Sequence record: SRR20825010_2819
Strand: one strand, 5' to 3'
DNA: 43,907 bases
This document shows positions 16,908 through 26,616 of this stretch, one piece after another. The notes under the pieces were generated by a model. It was not told where the DNA came from and did not search any database. It worked only from the letters and a program-made list of their open reading frames with translations. Numbering within the stretch: the stretch's first letter is position 1; each line of letters opens with the position of its first letter. A program made the translations under genes and the position numbers.

Positions 16908-18575
16908 ATGTCCAATAACAACAATGCACACGGGCAGCACGAGTTTGATTACATCGTCGTCGGGGCCGGCTCTGCCGGCTGCCTGCTGGCTAACCGTCTG
17001 AGTGCCGACCCGGCCAACCGGGTGCTGCTGATCGAGGCGGGCGGTCGTGACAATTACCACTGGATCCATATTCCAGTGGGCTACCTTTATTGCATCGACA
17101 ATCCGCGCACGGACTGGCGCTTTCGCACCGAGCCGGACCCCGGCCTGAATGGTCGATCACTGATCTACCCCAGGGGGAAAACCCTGGGTGGCTGCTCCAG
17201 CATCAATGGCATGCTCTACATTCGTGGCCAGGCCCGGGATTACAACCACTGGGCCGATGTTACCGGAGAGCAGGCGTGGTCATGGGATAACTGCCTACCC
17301 GACTTTATGCGTCATGAAGATCACTACCGGTTGGACGAAGAAGGCGACGCCGATCCGGAACACGGGAATTACCACGGCCACGGCGGTGAGTGGCGGATCG
17401 AGCATCAGCGGCTGAAATGGACCGTTCTGGAGGATTTTGCCAGCGCCTGCGTTCAGGCTGGCATTCCCCGAACCCGGGACTTCAACCGCGGCGACAACGA
17501 AGGCGTTGACTACTTCGAAGTCAACCAGCGCTCCGGCTGGCGCTGGAGCACCTCGAAGGCGTTCCTGCGGCCGGCCAAGACGCGCCCTAACCTGACACTG
17601 TGGCATTCCACCCATGTCATGGCGCTGGACATGGCGGCCGGTGAAATGCCCCGATGCACCGGCGTACGTGTGGAGCGACCGGGAGAGGGAGAAATCACCG
17701 CCCACGCACGCCGCGAAGTCATCCTCTCAGCCGGCGCTATCGGATCCCCCCAGTTGCTGCAGCTGTCGGGCATTGGCCCCGCGGATCTGCTTCGGGAACA
17801 CGATATCCCGGTTGTTGCCGACTTACCCGGCGTCGGCGAGAATCTTCAGGATCACCTGCAGATTCGATCGGTCTACAAGGTTCGGGGCGCGAAGACCCTG
17901 AACACCATGGCCAACTCACTGATTGGCAAGGCACGAATTGGGCTGGAGTATCTGCTTACCCGCTCCGGCCCCATGAGCATGGCTCCCTCCCAACTCTGTC
18001 TGTTTACCCGCAGTTCCGAAGAATATGAGTACGCCAACATCCAGTACCACGTTCAGCCATTGAGTCTGGAGGCATTTGGCCAGCCTTTGCATGACTTTCC
18101 AGCCATTACCGCCAGTGTTTGTAACCTCAACCCGACGAGCCGCGGTACCGTGCGTATTCGTAGCCGGGACTCCAGAATCAAGCCCGCCATTGCCCCCAAC
18201 TACCTGAACACCGAGGAAGACCGCAAGGTCGCAGCGGATTCCCTTAGGGTAACGCGCCGCATTGCAGAGCAACAGGCATTGGCCAAGTATGAGCCGGAAG
18301 AGTTCAAGCCGGGCCTTCAGTACCAGACCGATGAGGAACTTACCCGGTTGGCGGGAGACATTGGCACCACGATTTTTCACCCTGTGGGAACCACCCGCAT
18401 GGGGCGGGCAGACGATGACATGGCAGTCGTCGACCCTCACCTCAGAGTTCGTGGCGTCGCCGGCCTGCGCGTGGTGGATGCCGGTGTCATGCCGACCATC
18501 ACCAGCGGTAATACCAATTCCCCCACACTGATGATTGCGGAGAAGGCGGCAGGCTGGATTCTGAACGGCACGTAA
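16908..18575 (+). CDS. GMC family flavin dehydrogenase (choline dehydrogenase-like; probable 3-hydroxypropionate dehydrogenase HpdH/DddA)
   Basis: FDYIVVGAGSAGC, PRGKTLGGCSSINGMLY.RG, GVGENLQDH, FHPVGT, SGNTNSPT. Confidence 0.88.
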   Translation: MSNNNNAHGQHEFDYIVVGAGSAGCLLANRLSADPANRVLLIEAGGRDNYHWIHIPVGYLYCIDNPRTDWRFRTEPDPGLNGRSLIYPRGKTLGGCSSINGMLYIRGQARDYNHWADVTGEQAWSWDNCLPDFMRHEDHYRLDEEGDADPEHGNYHGHGGEWRIEHQRLKWTVLEDFASACVQAGIPRTRDFNRGDNEGVDYFEVNQRSGWRWSTSKAFLRPAKTRPNLTLWHSTHVMALDMAAGEMPRCTGVRVERPGEGEITAHARREVILSAGAIGSPQLLQLSGIGPADLLREHDIPVVADLPGVGENLQDHLQIRSVYKVRGAKTLNTMANSLIGKARIGLEYLLTRSGPMSMAPSQLCLFTRSSEEYEYANIQYHVQPLSLEAFGQPLHDFPAITASVCNLNPTSRGTVRIRSRDSRIKPAIAPNYLNTEEDRKVAADSLRVTRRIAEQQALAKYEPEEFKPGLQYQTDEELTRLAGDIGTTIFHPVGTTRMGRADDDMAVVDPHLRVRGVAGLRVVDAGVMPTITSGNTNSPTLMIAEKAAGWILNGT

Positions 18576-18613
18576 GTGCCGGCCAGCCCGCCGGACTGAA
18601 GGTCAGTACGTTG

Positions 18614-19672
18614 CTACCACTCCAACTGCGCGCCGGTCTGATACTCGATGACCCGGGTTTCAAAGAAGTTTTTCTCTTTACGCAGGGTGGCCTGCTCATC
18701 CAGCCAGGGTGAGACGTTCTTCGCGCCCGGGAACGGTTCGTCCAGGCCAACGGTTCTGGCCCGGCGATTGGCCACAAAACGGAACTGCTCGCTGTGGTAC
18801 TCGGCGGAATAGCCCAGGATCGGGTCCCGCAGGATGTAGTTGGCGTAGGCGGTTTCAGCGGCTTCGGACTCGTCCCACATATCGCGCACGGCTTTGGGGT
18901 CCAGCGTGATGTTTTCCTCTTCCAGGATCTGGTTCACCACTTTCAGCCCGAACGAGAAGTGCATGGCTTCGTCCCGCAGGATGTACTGCAGTTGCTCACC
19001 GGTGCCCCGCATCAGGCCCCGACGCTGCAGGGCGAAGATGGGGCTGAAACCGTTGTAGAACCAGGCACCCTCAAAGACCGCTGCGAAGAACAGGTAGGAC
19101 ATAATGAATTCCTGCAGGTCGTCCTTGTTGCGCAGGTTCATGTCAGAGCGCATGGCGGCATCCAGCCGGCGGTTGGCCATCTGGATCTTGCCGTTGATCG
19201 CGGGGACCACCCGATAGCGATTGTAGATCTCGCTCTGGTCCAGGTTGAGGGTTTCAATGCAGTGCTGGTAGGCCCAGGTGTGCATGGCTTCCTCGTACAC
19301 CTGCCGCGCTTGGTAAATCTGCAATTCCGGGGCACTCATCTTCTCCATCACCGCCAGGCCGATATTGCGCATCGCCAGGATGTCGGAGGTGGTGAGGTAG
19401 GCCAGCACGTTCTCATACACGTGCTTTTCCGGCGCGGACAGGCGGTGGTGGTAGTCGTGAACGTCCTGAGCCATGTTCACATCCAGCGGCGTCCAGTGGT
19501 TCTTGTTGGCATTCATGAAGTATTCCCAGGCCCAGGGGTACTTGAAGGGTGCCAGCTGATTGATGTCGGTTTCGCCGTTGATAACGCGCTTGTCATCGAC
19601 ATTGACCGGTGCCGGGCCCTCCTGGGCAGCCGGGCGGGTTAGGGTGTTTGGTTCGTCGTCCCAGTTAAGCAT
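18614..19672 (-). CDS. nrdB: Ribonucleotide reductase class Ia beta subunit
   Basis: Metal ligands in TSD, EEAMH, FEG and RDEAMH; radical Tyr in HTWAY; C-terminal KEKNFFETRV.EYQ. Likely start MLNWDD at 19672. Confidence 0.93.
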   Translation of the reverse strand: MLNWDDEPNTLTRPAAQEGPAPVNVDDKRVINGETDINQLAPFKYPWAWEYFMNANKNHWTPLDVNMAQDVHDYHHRLSAPEKHVYENVLAYLTTSDILAMRNIGLAVMEKMSAPELQIYQARQVYEEAMHTWAYQHCIETLNLDQSEIYNRYRVVPAINGKIQMANRRLDAAMRSDMNLRNKDDLQEFIMSYLFFAAVFEGAWFYNGFSPIFALQRRGLMRGTGEQLQYILRDEAMHFSFGLKVVNQILEEENITLDPKAVRDMWDESEAAETAYANYILRDPILGYSAEYHSEQFRFVANRRARTVGLDEPFPGAKNVSPWLDEQATLRKEKNFFETRVIEYQTGAQLEW

Positions 19673-19706
19673 CTGTTTACCTCTAGAATCTTGGTGGCGG
19701 TCGGAT

Positions 19707-22472
19707 CTACTGGCAGGCTTCGCAGTCCGGCTCATCAATGCTGCATACCTGTGGTTGCGGTGCTGCTACCGGCGCGGTTTTCTCGGCACCCGTGGCCCCC
19801 AGCGAGCGCAGGTAATAGGTGGTTTTCAGCCCCCGTTCCCAGGCCAGCTGGTACAACTCATCCAGCTTTTTGCCGCTGGGTTCCGCCATGTAAAGGTTCA
19901 GGCTCTGGGCCTGGTCCAGCCATTTCTGGCGTCTGGCCGCCGCCTCCACCAGCCAGCGGGCATCGATCTCAAAGGCGGTGGCATAGCGGGCCTTCAGTTC
20001 CGCCGGAATGCGATCAATCTGCTGCACGCTGCCATCGAAGTACTTGAGATCGTTCACCATCACGTTGTCCCACAGACCCTCTGCTTTCAGATCACGAACC
20101 AGAGATGGATTAACCACCGTGAACTCGCCGGAGAGATTCGATTTCACGAACAGGTTCTGGTACGCCGGTTCGATGGATTGGGAGACACCGACGATGTTGG
20201 AGATGGTCGCCGTTGGCGCAATGGCCATCACATTGCTGTTACGCATGCCATTGCGGGCGATGAGTTCCCGCACCGCCGTCCAGTCCAGGCGGCTGCTGAT
20301 ATTCAGGCTCAGGTCGCCGTCCTGACGGGCCTCTTTCAACAGGTTGATGGAGTCAATGGGCAGAATACCCTGATGCCACAATGAGCCTTCGTAGGTCTCG
20401 TAGGCACCGCGTTCACCGGCCAGGGCAGCCGAGGCCCGGATCGCGAAATAACTGATCTGCTCCATCGCCACATCGGCAAACTCCACCGCTTCCGCGCTGG
20501 TGTAGGGCAGATTGAGTCGATACAACGCATCCTGAAAGCCCATCAGGCCCAGACCAACGGGCCGATGCTTGAAATTGGAACTCTTCGCCTGGGGCACTGC
20601 GTAGTAATTGATGTCGACCACGTTATCGAGCATGCGGACCGCAGTATTGACCGTGCGTTCTAGGCGCTGGACATCCAGCTCACCGTTGTGGACATGGGCG
20701 GCCAGGTTGATGGACCCCAGGTTGCACACGGCGATCTCATCCGCACTGGTGTTCAGGGTGATCTCGGTACACAGGTTGGAGCTGTGCACCACGCCCCGAT
20801 GCTGCTGCGGTGAGCGCAGGTTGCAGGGGTCCTTGAAGGTGATCCACGGATGACCGGTCTCGAACAGCACGGTCAGCATCTTGCGCCAGAGCAGTTTGGC
20901 GGACACCGTCTTGAACAGAGTAATCTCGCCCCTGGCCGCCATCGCCTCGTATTCCTGGTACCGCTCCCGGAATGCGTTGCCATAGAGGTCATGCAGGTCC
21001 GGAGCGTCGTTTGGCGAGAACAGGGTCCAGTCCTGATCACTGCGCATGCGTTCGATCAGCAGGTCCGGTACCCAGTTGGCGGTGTTCATGTCGTGGGTAC
21101 GACGACGCTCATCGCCGGTGTTCTTGCGTAGCTCCAGGAACTCCTCAATATCCAGGTGCCAGCTTTCCAGGTAAGCGCACACGGCGCCCTTGCGCTTGCC
21201 GCCCTGATTCACCGCCACCGCCGTGTCGTTCACCACTTTCAGGAATGGCACCACACCCTGGCTGCTGCCGTTGGTACCCTTGATGTGGGAGCCCAAAGCC
21301 CTGACTGGCGTCCAGTCGTTACCCAGGCCGCCGGCCCACTTGGACAGCATGGCGTTGTCGCGGATGGCACCATAGATACCCTCCAGATCATCCTGAACGG
21401 TGGTGAGGTAGCAGGATGAAAGCTGGGAATGTCGGGTACCACTGTTGAACAGGGTTGGCGTGGAGGCCATGTAGTCGAAGGATGACAACAGGTCGTAGAA
21501 CTCAATGGCCCGGGCATTGGGGTCGTCTTCCTGCAACGCCAGACCCATGGACACGCGCATGAAGAAGACCTGGGGCAACTCCAGCCGGTCACCTTTCCAG
21601 TTGAGGAAATAGCGGTCGTAGAGAGTCTGCAGGCCGAGGAACCCAAACTGGTGGTCCCGCTCCGGCTTGAGGGCAGCACCCAGGCGTTCCAGGTCGAACG
21701 CCGCCATGGCGTCGTCCAGCAGCTCGTAGTGGATACCCTGCTCAATGAAGGTGCTCAGGGCCTGCGGGTATATTTCCGCCAGCGGCAAACTTAGGGGCAG
21801 GCTCAAGGCGGCCGCGGTTTCCAGCCTGAGTTGTTCCAGCAGCAGACGAGCGGTTACGGCACTGTAGTCCGGTTCCTGCTCGATGCGGCCGCGGGCGGTC
21901 ATGATCAGCGCAGACAGCACCTCTTCCTCTGCAATACCGTCGTACAGGTTCCGCAGCGCCCCTTCCACCAGGGACTCGCCATCGATGCCCTCCAATTCCT
22001 GGCTGGCTCGCTCCACCTGGACTTTCATCAGCCCCAGATCCAGCGGTGCAGCCTCACCGTTGGCTTTTTTCACCGTGAGTGTGGGATGGGCCTCCACCGG
22101 CGCCAGGCTGGCTCGCTCCTGGGCATGGGCCTCCCGGTAGAGTACATAGGCGCGGGCCACTTTCTGCTCCTCCGCCCGCATCAGCGCCAGTTCCACCTGG
22201 TCCTGGATATCTTCAATGTGCACCTTGCCGCCAGCTTTCAGGCGTCGGCTGATGGCCTGCATGACCTGATGGGTAACCTGTTCCACGGAATCGTGAATAC
22301 GGGCCGAGCCTGCTGCTTCATCGCCTTCGACGGCAAGAAACGCTTTGGTCACGGCAACACTGATTTTGCTGGCGTCGAATCCAACCAGGGCGCCATTACG
22401 TTTAATAACCTGTAGGGAGGCAGTGCTGGTTGAGGCAGATTGGCCGGGCTCGGCCAGGGTGGCAGTGGACAT
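19707..22472 (-). CDS. nrdA: Ribonucleotide reductase class Ia alpha subunit with N-terminal ATP-cone(s)
   Basis: VIKRNG ATP-cone plus a second VKKANG cone-like segment; TPTLFNSG, QLSSCY, SSNLCTEI, AIAPTATIS, GLKTTYYLR and terminal CEACQ. Start MSTAT at 22472 with AGGAG RBS (the ORF track extends into the riboswitch). Confidence 0.96.
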   Translation of the reverse strand: MSTATLAEPGQSASTSTASLQVIKRNGALVGFDASKISVAVTKAFLAVEGDEAAGSARIHDSVEQVTHQVMQAISRRLKAGGKVHIEDIQDQVELALMRAEEQKVARAYVLYREAHAQERASLAPVEAHPTLTVKKANGEAAPLDLGLMKVQVERASQELEGIDGESLVEGALRNLYDGIAEEEVLSALIMTARGRIEQEPDYSAVTARLLLEQLRLETAAALSLPLSLPLAEIYPQALSTFIEQGIHYELLDDAMAAFDLERLGAALKPERDHQFGFLGLQTLYDRYFLNWKGDRLELPQVFFMRVSMGLALQEDDPNARAIEFYDLLSSFDYMASTPTLFNSGTRHSQLSSCYLTTVQDDLEGIYGAIRDNAMLSKWAGGLGNDWTPVRALGSHIKGTNGSSQGVVPFLKVVNDTAVAVNQGGKRKGAVCAYLESWHLDIEEFLELRKNTGDERRRTHDMNTANWVPDLLIERMRSDQDWTLFSPNDAPDLHDLYGNAFRERYQEYEAMAARGEITLFKTVSAKLLWRKMLTVLFETGHPWITFKDPCNLRSPQQHRGVVHSSNLCTEITLNTSADEIAVCNLGSINLAAHVHNGELDVQRLERTVNTAVRMLDNVVDINYYAVPQAKSSNFKHRPVGLGLMGFQDALYRLNLPYTSAEAVEFADVAMEQISYFAIRASAALAGERGAYETYEGSLWHQGILPIDSINLLKEARQDGDLSLNISSRLDWTAVRELIARNGMRNSNVMAIAPTATISNIVGVSQSIEPAYQNLFVKSNLSGEFTVVNPSLVRDLKAEGLWDNVMVNDLKYFDGSVQQIDRIPAELKARYATAFEIDARWLVEAAARRQKWLDQAQSLNLYMAEPSGKKLDELYQLAWERGLKTTYYLRSLGATGAEKTAPVAAPQPQVCSIDEPDCEACQ

Positions 22473-22595
22473 GTCGGTTCTCCTGAGTACGCGTTTATGC
22501 CAAGACCTTCGCGTACGCAGGGGCGAGCATTGCTCTGAACAGAGACAACGCAAAACCGATCTGCTCACCTTGATACGCGAAGGTGCAGTTGTATT

Positions 22596-22765
22596 CCCTG
22601 GCAGGTCTTCGGACTCAGGGGCGTGAACCTGTTGGCTCGGCCTTGCGTGGCGACTTCCCGGCATTCGCCAGTGTCTTTATGCCACGCTCGTTCCCCAATA
22701 CCGCTGCGCGTCAGTTCCGGAGTCTCACCGGATTCCCGGTACCACGATCATCGTGACGAGGGCGA
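22596..22765 (-). ncRNA. Cobalamin (AdoCbl) riboswitch upstream of nrdAB
   Basis: Minus strand GGGAATCCGGTGAGACTCCGGAACTGACGCGCAGCGGTA...CACTG...CGGGAAG...B12 box GAGTCCGAAGACCTGCC. Confidence 0.93.
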
Positions 22766-22787
22766 TCTGTGATTGATCAGCCTTTGA

Positions 22788-22835
22788 TCACTATATCTGG
22801 TACTAAGCCAAGGATATAAACACTATATAGACTAA
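22788..22835. promoter_or_regulatory. Tandem NrdR boxes
   Basis: TCACTATATCTGGTAC (22788-22803) and a weaker ACACTATATAGACTAA (22820-22835), 32 bp apart, resembling acaCwAtATaTwGtgt. Confidence 0.75.
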
Positions 22836-22901
22836 GGTAAATCGCAACAAGGCACTTTTTCGACGGTTACCGGTCAGTAAACGAACCCATAGGAGCATTC
22901 C

Positions 22902-23636
22902 ATGACACCGCTACCGAGATACCTGACGGCCGCCCTCGCCCTTTCGTTGATGGCCACTTCGGCCCAGGCTGACAGCACGGAAAACTCACTGATCACCGCG
23001 TTTTCGACCATAACGTCCCTGGAAGATGGCTGGGAACCGATGGAGTTTCCGAAGATAGACCGCCACAGCCGCTATCAGTTGACGGACGACAACGGCGAGC
23101 AGGTGGTCATGGCCACCACGGACAACAGCGCCTCCGGGCTGATAGCCAGGGTGTCCGTCGAACCCGGGGATTCACTGATCCTGCGCTGGCGGTGGAAAGT
23201 GTCGAACGTCTATGAGCAGGGAAACGCCCGTAAAAAGGAGGGCGATGACTACCCTGCGCGAATCTACGTGGCCTTTGAGTTCGAGCCGGACGAAGCCGGC
23301 TTTTTCGAGCGCGCCAAACGCAAGACCGTGGAAGTGGTGTTCGGGGAGGAACTGCCGGGCAATGCGCTGAACTACATCTGGGCCAACCGGCTGCCGGTTG
23401 GCGAAATCATTGCCAACCCGTTCACCGATACCACGATGATGGTAGCAGTGAACTCCGGGACGGCGAACACAGGCGAATGGGTCACGGTGGAGCGGGATAT
23501 CGTTGCGGACTACCGCAAGGCCTTTGGCCGAGAGCCGCCGAAGCTGGTGGGCGTCGCCATCATGTCGGATTCCGACAACACCGGAGCATCTGCCACCGCC
23601 TGGTATGGCGATGTCAGCTTGGTCAAACCAGATTGA
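22902..23636 (+). CDS. Exported DUF3047-like protein
   Basis: Signal peptide; [47 protein letters not shown] and [10 protein letters not shown] motifs. Confidence 0.85.
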   Translation: MTPLPRYLTAALALSLMATSAQADSTENSLITAFSTITSLEDGWEPMEFPKIDRHSRYQLTDDNGEQVVMATTDNSASGLIARVSVEPGDSLILRWRWKVSNVYEQGNARKKEGDDYPARIYVAFEFEPDEAGFFERAKRKTVEVVFGEELPGNALNYIWANRLPVGEIIANPFTDTTMMVAVNSGTANTGEWVTVERDIVADYRKAFGREPPKLVGVAIMSDSDNTGASATAWYGDVSLVKPD

Positions 23637-25128
23637 TGACGCAAAACAGACCTACCGCGCCCATCACGATGGTATAGGGAAACGCCATCACAACCATCCG
23701 CCCGTAGGACAATCGCACCAGCGGAGCGATTGCAGACGTCAGCAGGAACAGAAACGCGGCCTGGCCATTGGGGGTAGCCACACTGGGCAGGTTGGTGCCG
23801 GTGTTAATGGCGATGGCCAACTCCTGGAAATGCTCGTAGTCGATACTGCCGGCGTCCAGCGCCTGTTTGATTTCACTGATGTAAACGGTGGCTACGAACA
23901 CATTGTCGCTGATCATCGACAACAACCCGTTGGCAATAAAGAACATGCCCGGCTGCTGGTCCTGAGGCAGGCTGAGCACAAAATCGATGATCGGCTTGAA
24001 CAGGTGTTGCTCGTGAATCACCGCGACGATAGCGAAAAACACCACCAACAGCGAGGTAAATGGCAGCGATTCCTGGAAGGCCTTACCGATCTGGTGCTCG
24101 TCAGTAACGCCAGTGAACGAGGTGATCAGGATAATCACCAGAAGGCCGATCAATCCCACCTCTGCCAGGTGAAACGCCAGCCCAACAACCAGCACCAGGG
24201 CCGCCATTGCCTGCACCCACAGGGCAGCCTGGTCGGCTTTCGTGCGCTTGGTGCGCTCGTTGTCGGCGAACTCTTCCAGTACCTGGCGGACAGGCTTGGG
24301 CAGGCGAGCGCCATACCCAAACCAGCGCAGCTTTTCCAGCAGCCAGCAGGTGGTCAGGCCGGCCACCAGCACCGGCAGGCTCACCGGCGCCATACGCAGG
24401 AAGAAACTGACAAAGTCCCACCCTACTACCTTGGCGATCAGCAGGTTCTGGGGTTCGCCCACCATGGTGGACACTCCCCCCAAGGCCGTTCCAATGGCGC
24501 CGTGCATCAGCAGGCTACGCAGAAAGGCCCGGAACTTGTCCAGGTCTTCCCGGTGCAACTCAATCACGTGTTCGTCGCTGTTGGCGTTGTGATCAGAGTG
24601 ATGATAACCCTTGCCGGAGGCTACCTTGTGGTACACCGAGTAAAAACCGACAGCGACACTGATGATGACTGCGGTGACGGTAAGCGCGTCCAGGAACGCA
24701 GATAGAACGGCCGCAGCAGCACAGAACAGCAGTGACAACGCGGACTTTGACCGCACACCCACCAGGATCTGGGTAAACGTCACCAGCAGCAGCTCTTTCA
24801 TGAAGTAGATGCCAGCCACCATGAACATCAGCAGCAGGATGACCGGGAAGTTCACCAACACCTCGTGGTACACCGCGTCCGCTGACGTCATACCCACCAA
24901 CAGGGCTTCAATCGCCAGCAACCCACCCGGCAACAGTGGATAACACTTCAACGCCATGGCCAGGGTAAAAATAAACTCTCCCACCAACGCCCAACCGGCC
25001 ACGGCCGGGCCAAGGGTCCAGACAATCAGCGGGTTGGCAATCAGGAAAAGCAGGATGACCTGTTTGTACCAGGCGGGTGCATTACCCAGGAAGTTGTGGG
25101 TAAAGCCGGAGAGAACGGTTGTGGGCAT
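23623..25128 (-). CDS. nhaB: Na+/H+ antiporter NhaB
   Basis: [69 protein letters not shown]. Confidence 0.96.
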   Translation of the reverse strand: MPTTVLSGFTHNFLGNAPAWYKQVILLFLIANPLIVWTLGPAVAGWALVGEFIFTLAMALKCYPLLPGGLLAIEALLVGMTSADAVYHEVLVNFPVILLLMFMVAGIYFMKELLLVTFTQILVGVRSKSALSLLFCAAAAVLSAFLDALTVTAVIISVAVGFYSVYHKVASGKGYHHSDHNANSDEHVIELHREDLDKFRAFLRSLLMHGAIGTALGGVSTMVGEPQNLLIAKVVGWDFVSFFLRMAPVSLPVLVAGLTTCWLLEKLRWFGYGARLPKPVRQVLEEFADNERTKRTKADQAALWVQAMAALVLVVGLAFHLAEVGLIGLLVIILITSFTGVTDEHQIGKAFQESLPFTSLLVVFFAIVAVIHEQHLFKPIIDFVLSLPQDQQPGMFFIANGLLSMISDNVFVATVYISEIKQALDAGSIDYEHFQELAIAINTGTNLPSVATPNGQAAFLFLLTSAIAPLVRLSYGRMVVMAFPYTIVMGAVGLFCVINLV

Positions 25129-25263
25129 TGCGGGAATCTTCTGAGTAAACGGTTTGTTGGAATTGTGTGGCAGAAGGCCCGCATCTTCCTTGATATTTGT
25201 GTAACCGGTAATCCCCCAAAGGTACAGGGTGAGTGCCTATTTGGTCTTACATGAAACAAGGAA

Positions 25264-25283
25264 GAGTGGCCGGACGACCACTC
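25264..25283 (-). terminator. Possible hairpin terminator after gcdH
   Basis: Minus strand GAGTGGTC-GTCC-GGCCACTC followed by a weak TTCCTTGTTT tail. Confidence 0.35.
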
Positions 25284-25386
25284 AAAAAAGTTTCGTAATA
25301 TTACTAAAAAACAGGACGGAGAGCGACTGCGTTCTGTACTAAAATGGGTAAAACGCAATCAACTCCTTTCCGTGCTGCCCGGTTCA

Positions 25387-26568
25387 TCAGAAAAAGGCCT
25401 GGATCCCCGTCTGTGCACGCCCCAGTATCAGCGCGTGCACATCGTGCGTACCTTCATAAGTATTGACCACTTCCAGGTTCACCAGATGACGGGCGACACC
25501 AAATTCGTCACTGATACCGTTGCCGCCCAGCATGTCCCGGGCCAGGCGGGCAATATCCAGTGCCTTGCCGCAGGAATTCCGCTTCATCAGCGAGGTGATT
25601 TCCGCGGCCGCCGTACCGTCATCCTTCATGCGCCCCAGGCGCAGACAACCCTGCAACGCCAGGGTAATGTCAGTCTGCATGTCCGCCAGCTTCTTCTGGA
25701 TCAATTGGTTGGCAGCCAGAGGCCGCCCAAACTGCTTGCGATCCAGCACGTACTGACGCGCCGTGTGCCAGCAATCCTCGGCAGCCCCCATTGCACCCCA
25801 GGAAATGCCGTAACGGGCGGAATTCAGACAGGTAAACGGGCCTTTCAGTCCACGCACCTCCGGAAACGCGTTCTCTTCCGGAACAAACACCTCATCCATC
25901 ACAATTTCACCGGTGATAGACGCACGCAGGCCCACCTTGCCATGAATGGCGGGGGCACTGAGGCCGTCCCAGTTTTTTTCCAGTACAAAGCCGCGAATCT
26001 CGCCGTTATCATCCTTGCCCCAGACCACGAACACGTCCGCAATCGGGCTGTTGGTTATCCACATTTTGTTACCGGTCAGTCGAAAACCGCCGTCGACCTT
26101 GCGGGCGCGGGTGATCATCGCACCGGGATCAGAACCGTGATTCGGCTCGGTGAGCCCGAAACAGCCGATCCATTCACCGCTGGCCAGCTTTGGCAGGTAT
26201 TTCTGACGGGTTTTCTCGTTGCCAAACTCGTAGATGGGTACCATCACCAGTGACGACTGCACGCTCATCATCGAACGGTACCCTGAGTCCACCCGCTCCA
26301 CTTCCCTGGCAATCAGGCCGTAACACACATTGTTGAGACCACTGCCACCGTACTCGGTTGGTATGGTGGCGCCCAGCAGACCGGTTGCCCCCATTTCCCG
26401 GAAAATCTCCGGGTCCGTCTGCTCATGCCGAAAGGCCTCAAGAACCCGCGGCGCGAGCTGATTCTGAGCAAACTGGTACGCGCTCTCACGCACCATACGT
26501 TCTTCTTCGGTCAGTTGCTGATCCAGCAACAGGGGATCTTCCCAGTTAAAGCTTGCGTTGTTAGCCAT
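25387..26568 (-). CDS. gcdH: Glutaryl-CoA dehydrogenase
   Basis: [67 protein letters not shown]. Confidence 0.95.
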   Translation of the reverse strand: MANNASFNWEDPLLLDQQLTEEERMVRESAYQFAQNQLAPRVLEAFRHEQTDPEIFREMGATGLLGATIPTEYGGSGLNNVCYGLIAREVERVDSGYRSMMSVQSSLVMVPIYEFGNEKTRQKYLPKLASGEWIGCFGLTEPNHGSDPGAMITRARKVDGGFRLTGNKMWITNSPIADVFVVWGKDDNGEIRGFVLEKNWDGLSAPAIHGKVGLRASITGEIVMDEVFVPEENAFPEVRGLKGPFTCLNSARYGISWGAMGAAEDCWHTARQYVLDRKQFGRPLAANQLIQKKLADMQTDITLALQGCLRLGRMKDDGTAAAEITSLMKRNSCGKALDIARLARDMLGGNGISDEFGVARHLVNLEVVNTYEGTHDVHALILGRAQTGIQAFF

Positions 26569-26616
26569 GATGTCTTCTCCGCTAGTGTGTCTTGGTGGGC
26601 GTGTCCCGTTCGCCCT

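Noticed and set aside
18614-19672. Possible non-canonical (class Ic or metal-free) RNR beta subunit
   Set aside because: The first ligand is Asp (TSD), the radical Tyr (HTWAY) is present and all carboxylate/His ligands are retained, consistent with ordinary class Ia.
22473-22664. 64-aa N-terminal extension of NrdA in the ORF track
   Set aside because: It overlaps the cobalamin riboswitch and its expression platform; the RBS-supported start is 22472.
23503-24705. 400-aa plus-strand ORF (and similar long antisense ORFs at 18794-19642, 25372-26253 and 35997-36917)
   Set aside because: These are antisense shadows of nhaB, nrdB, gcdH and the TonB receptor, expected from codon bias at this GC content.
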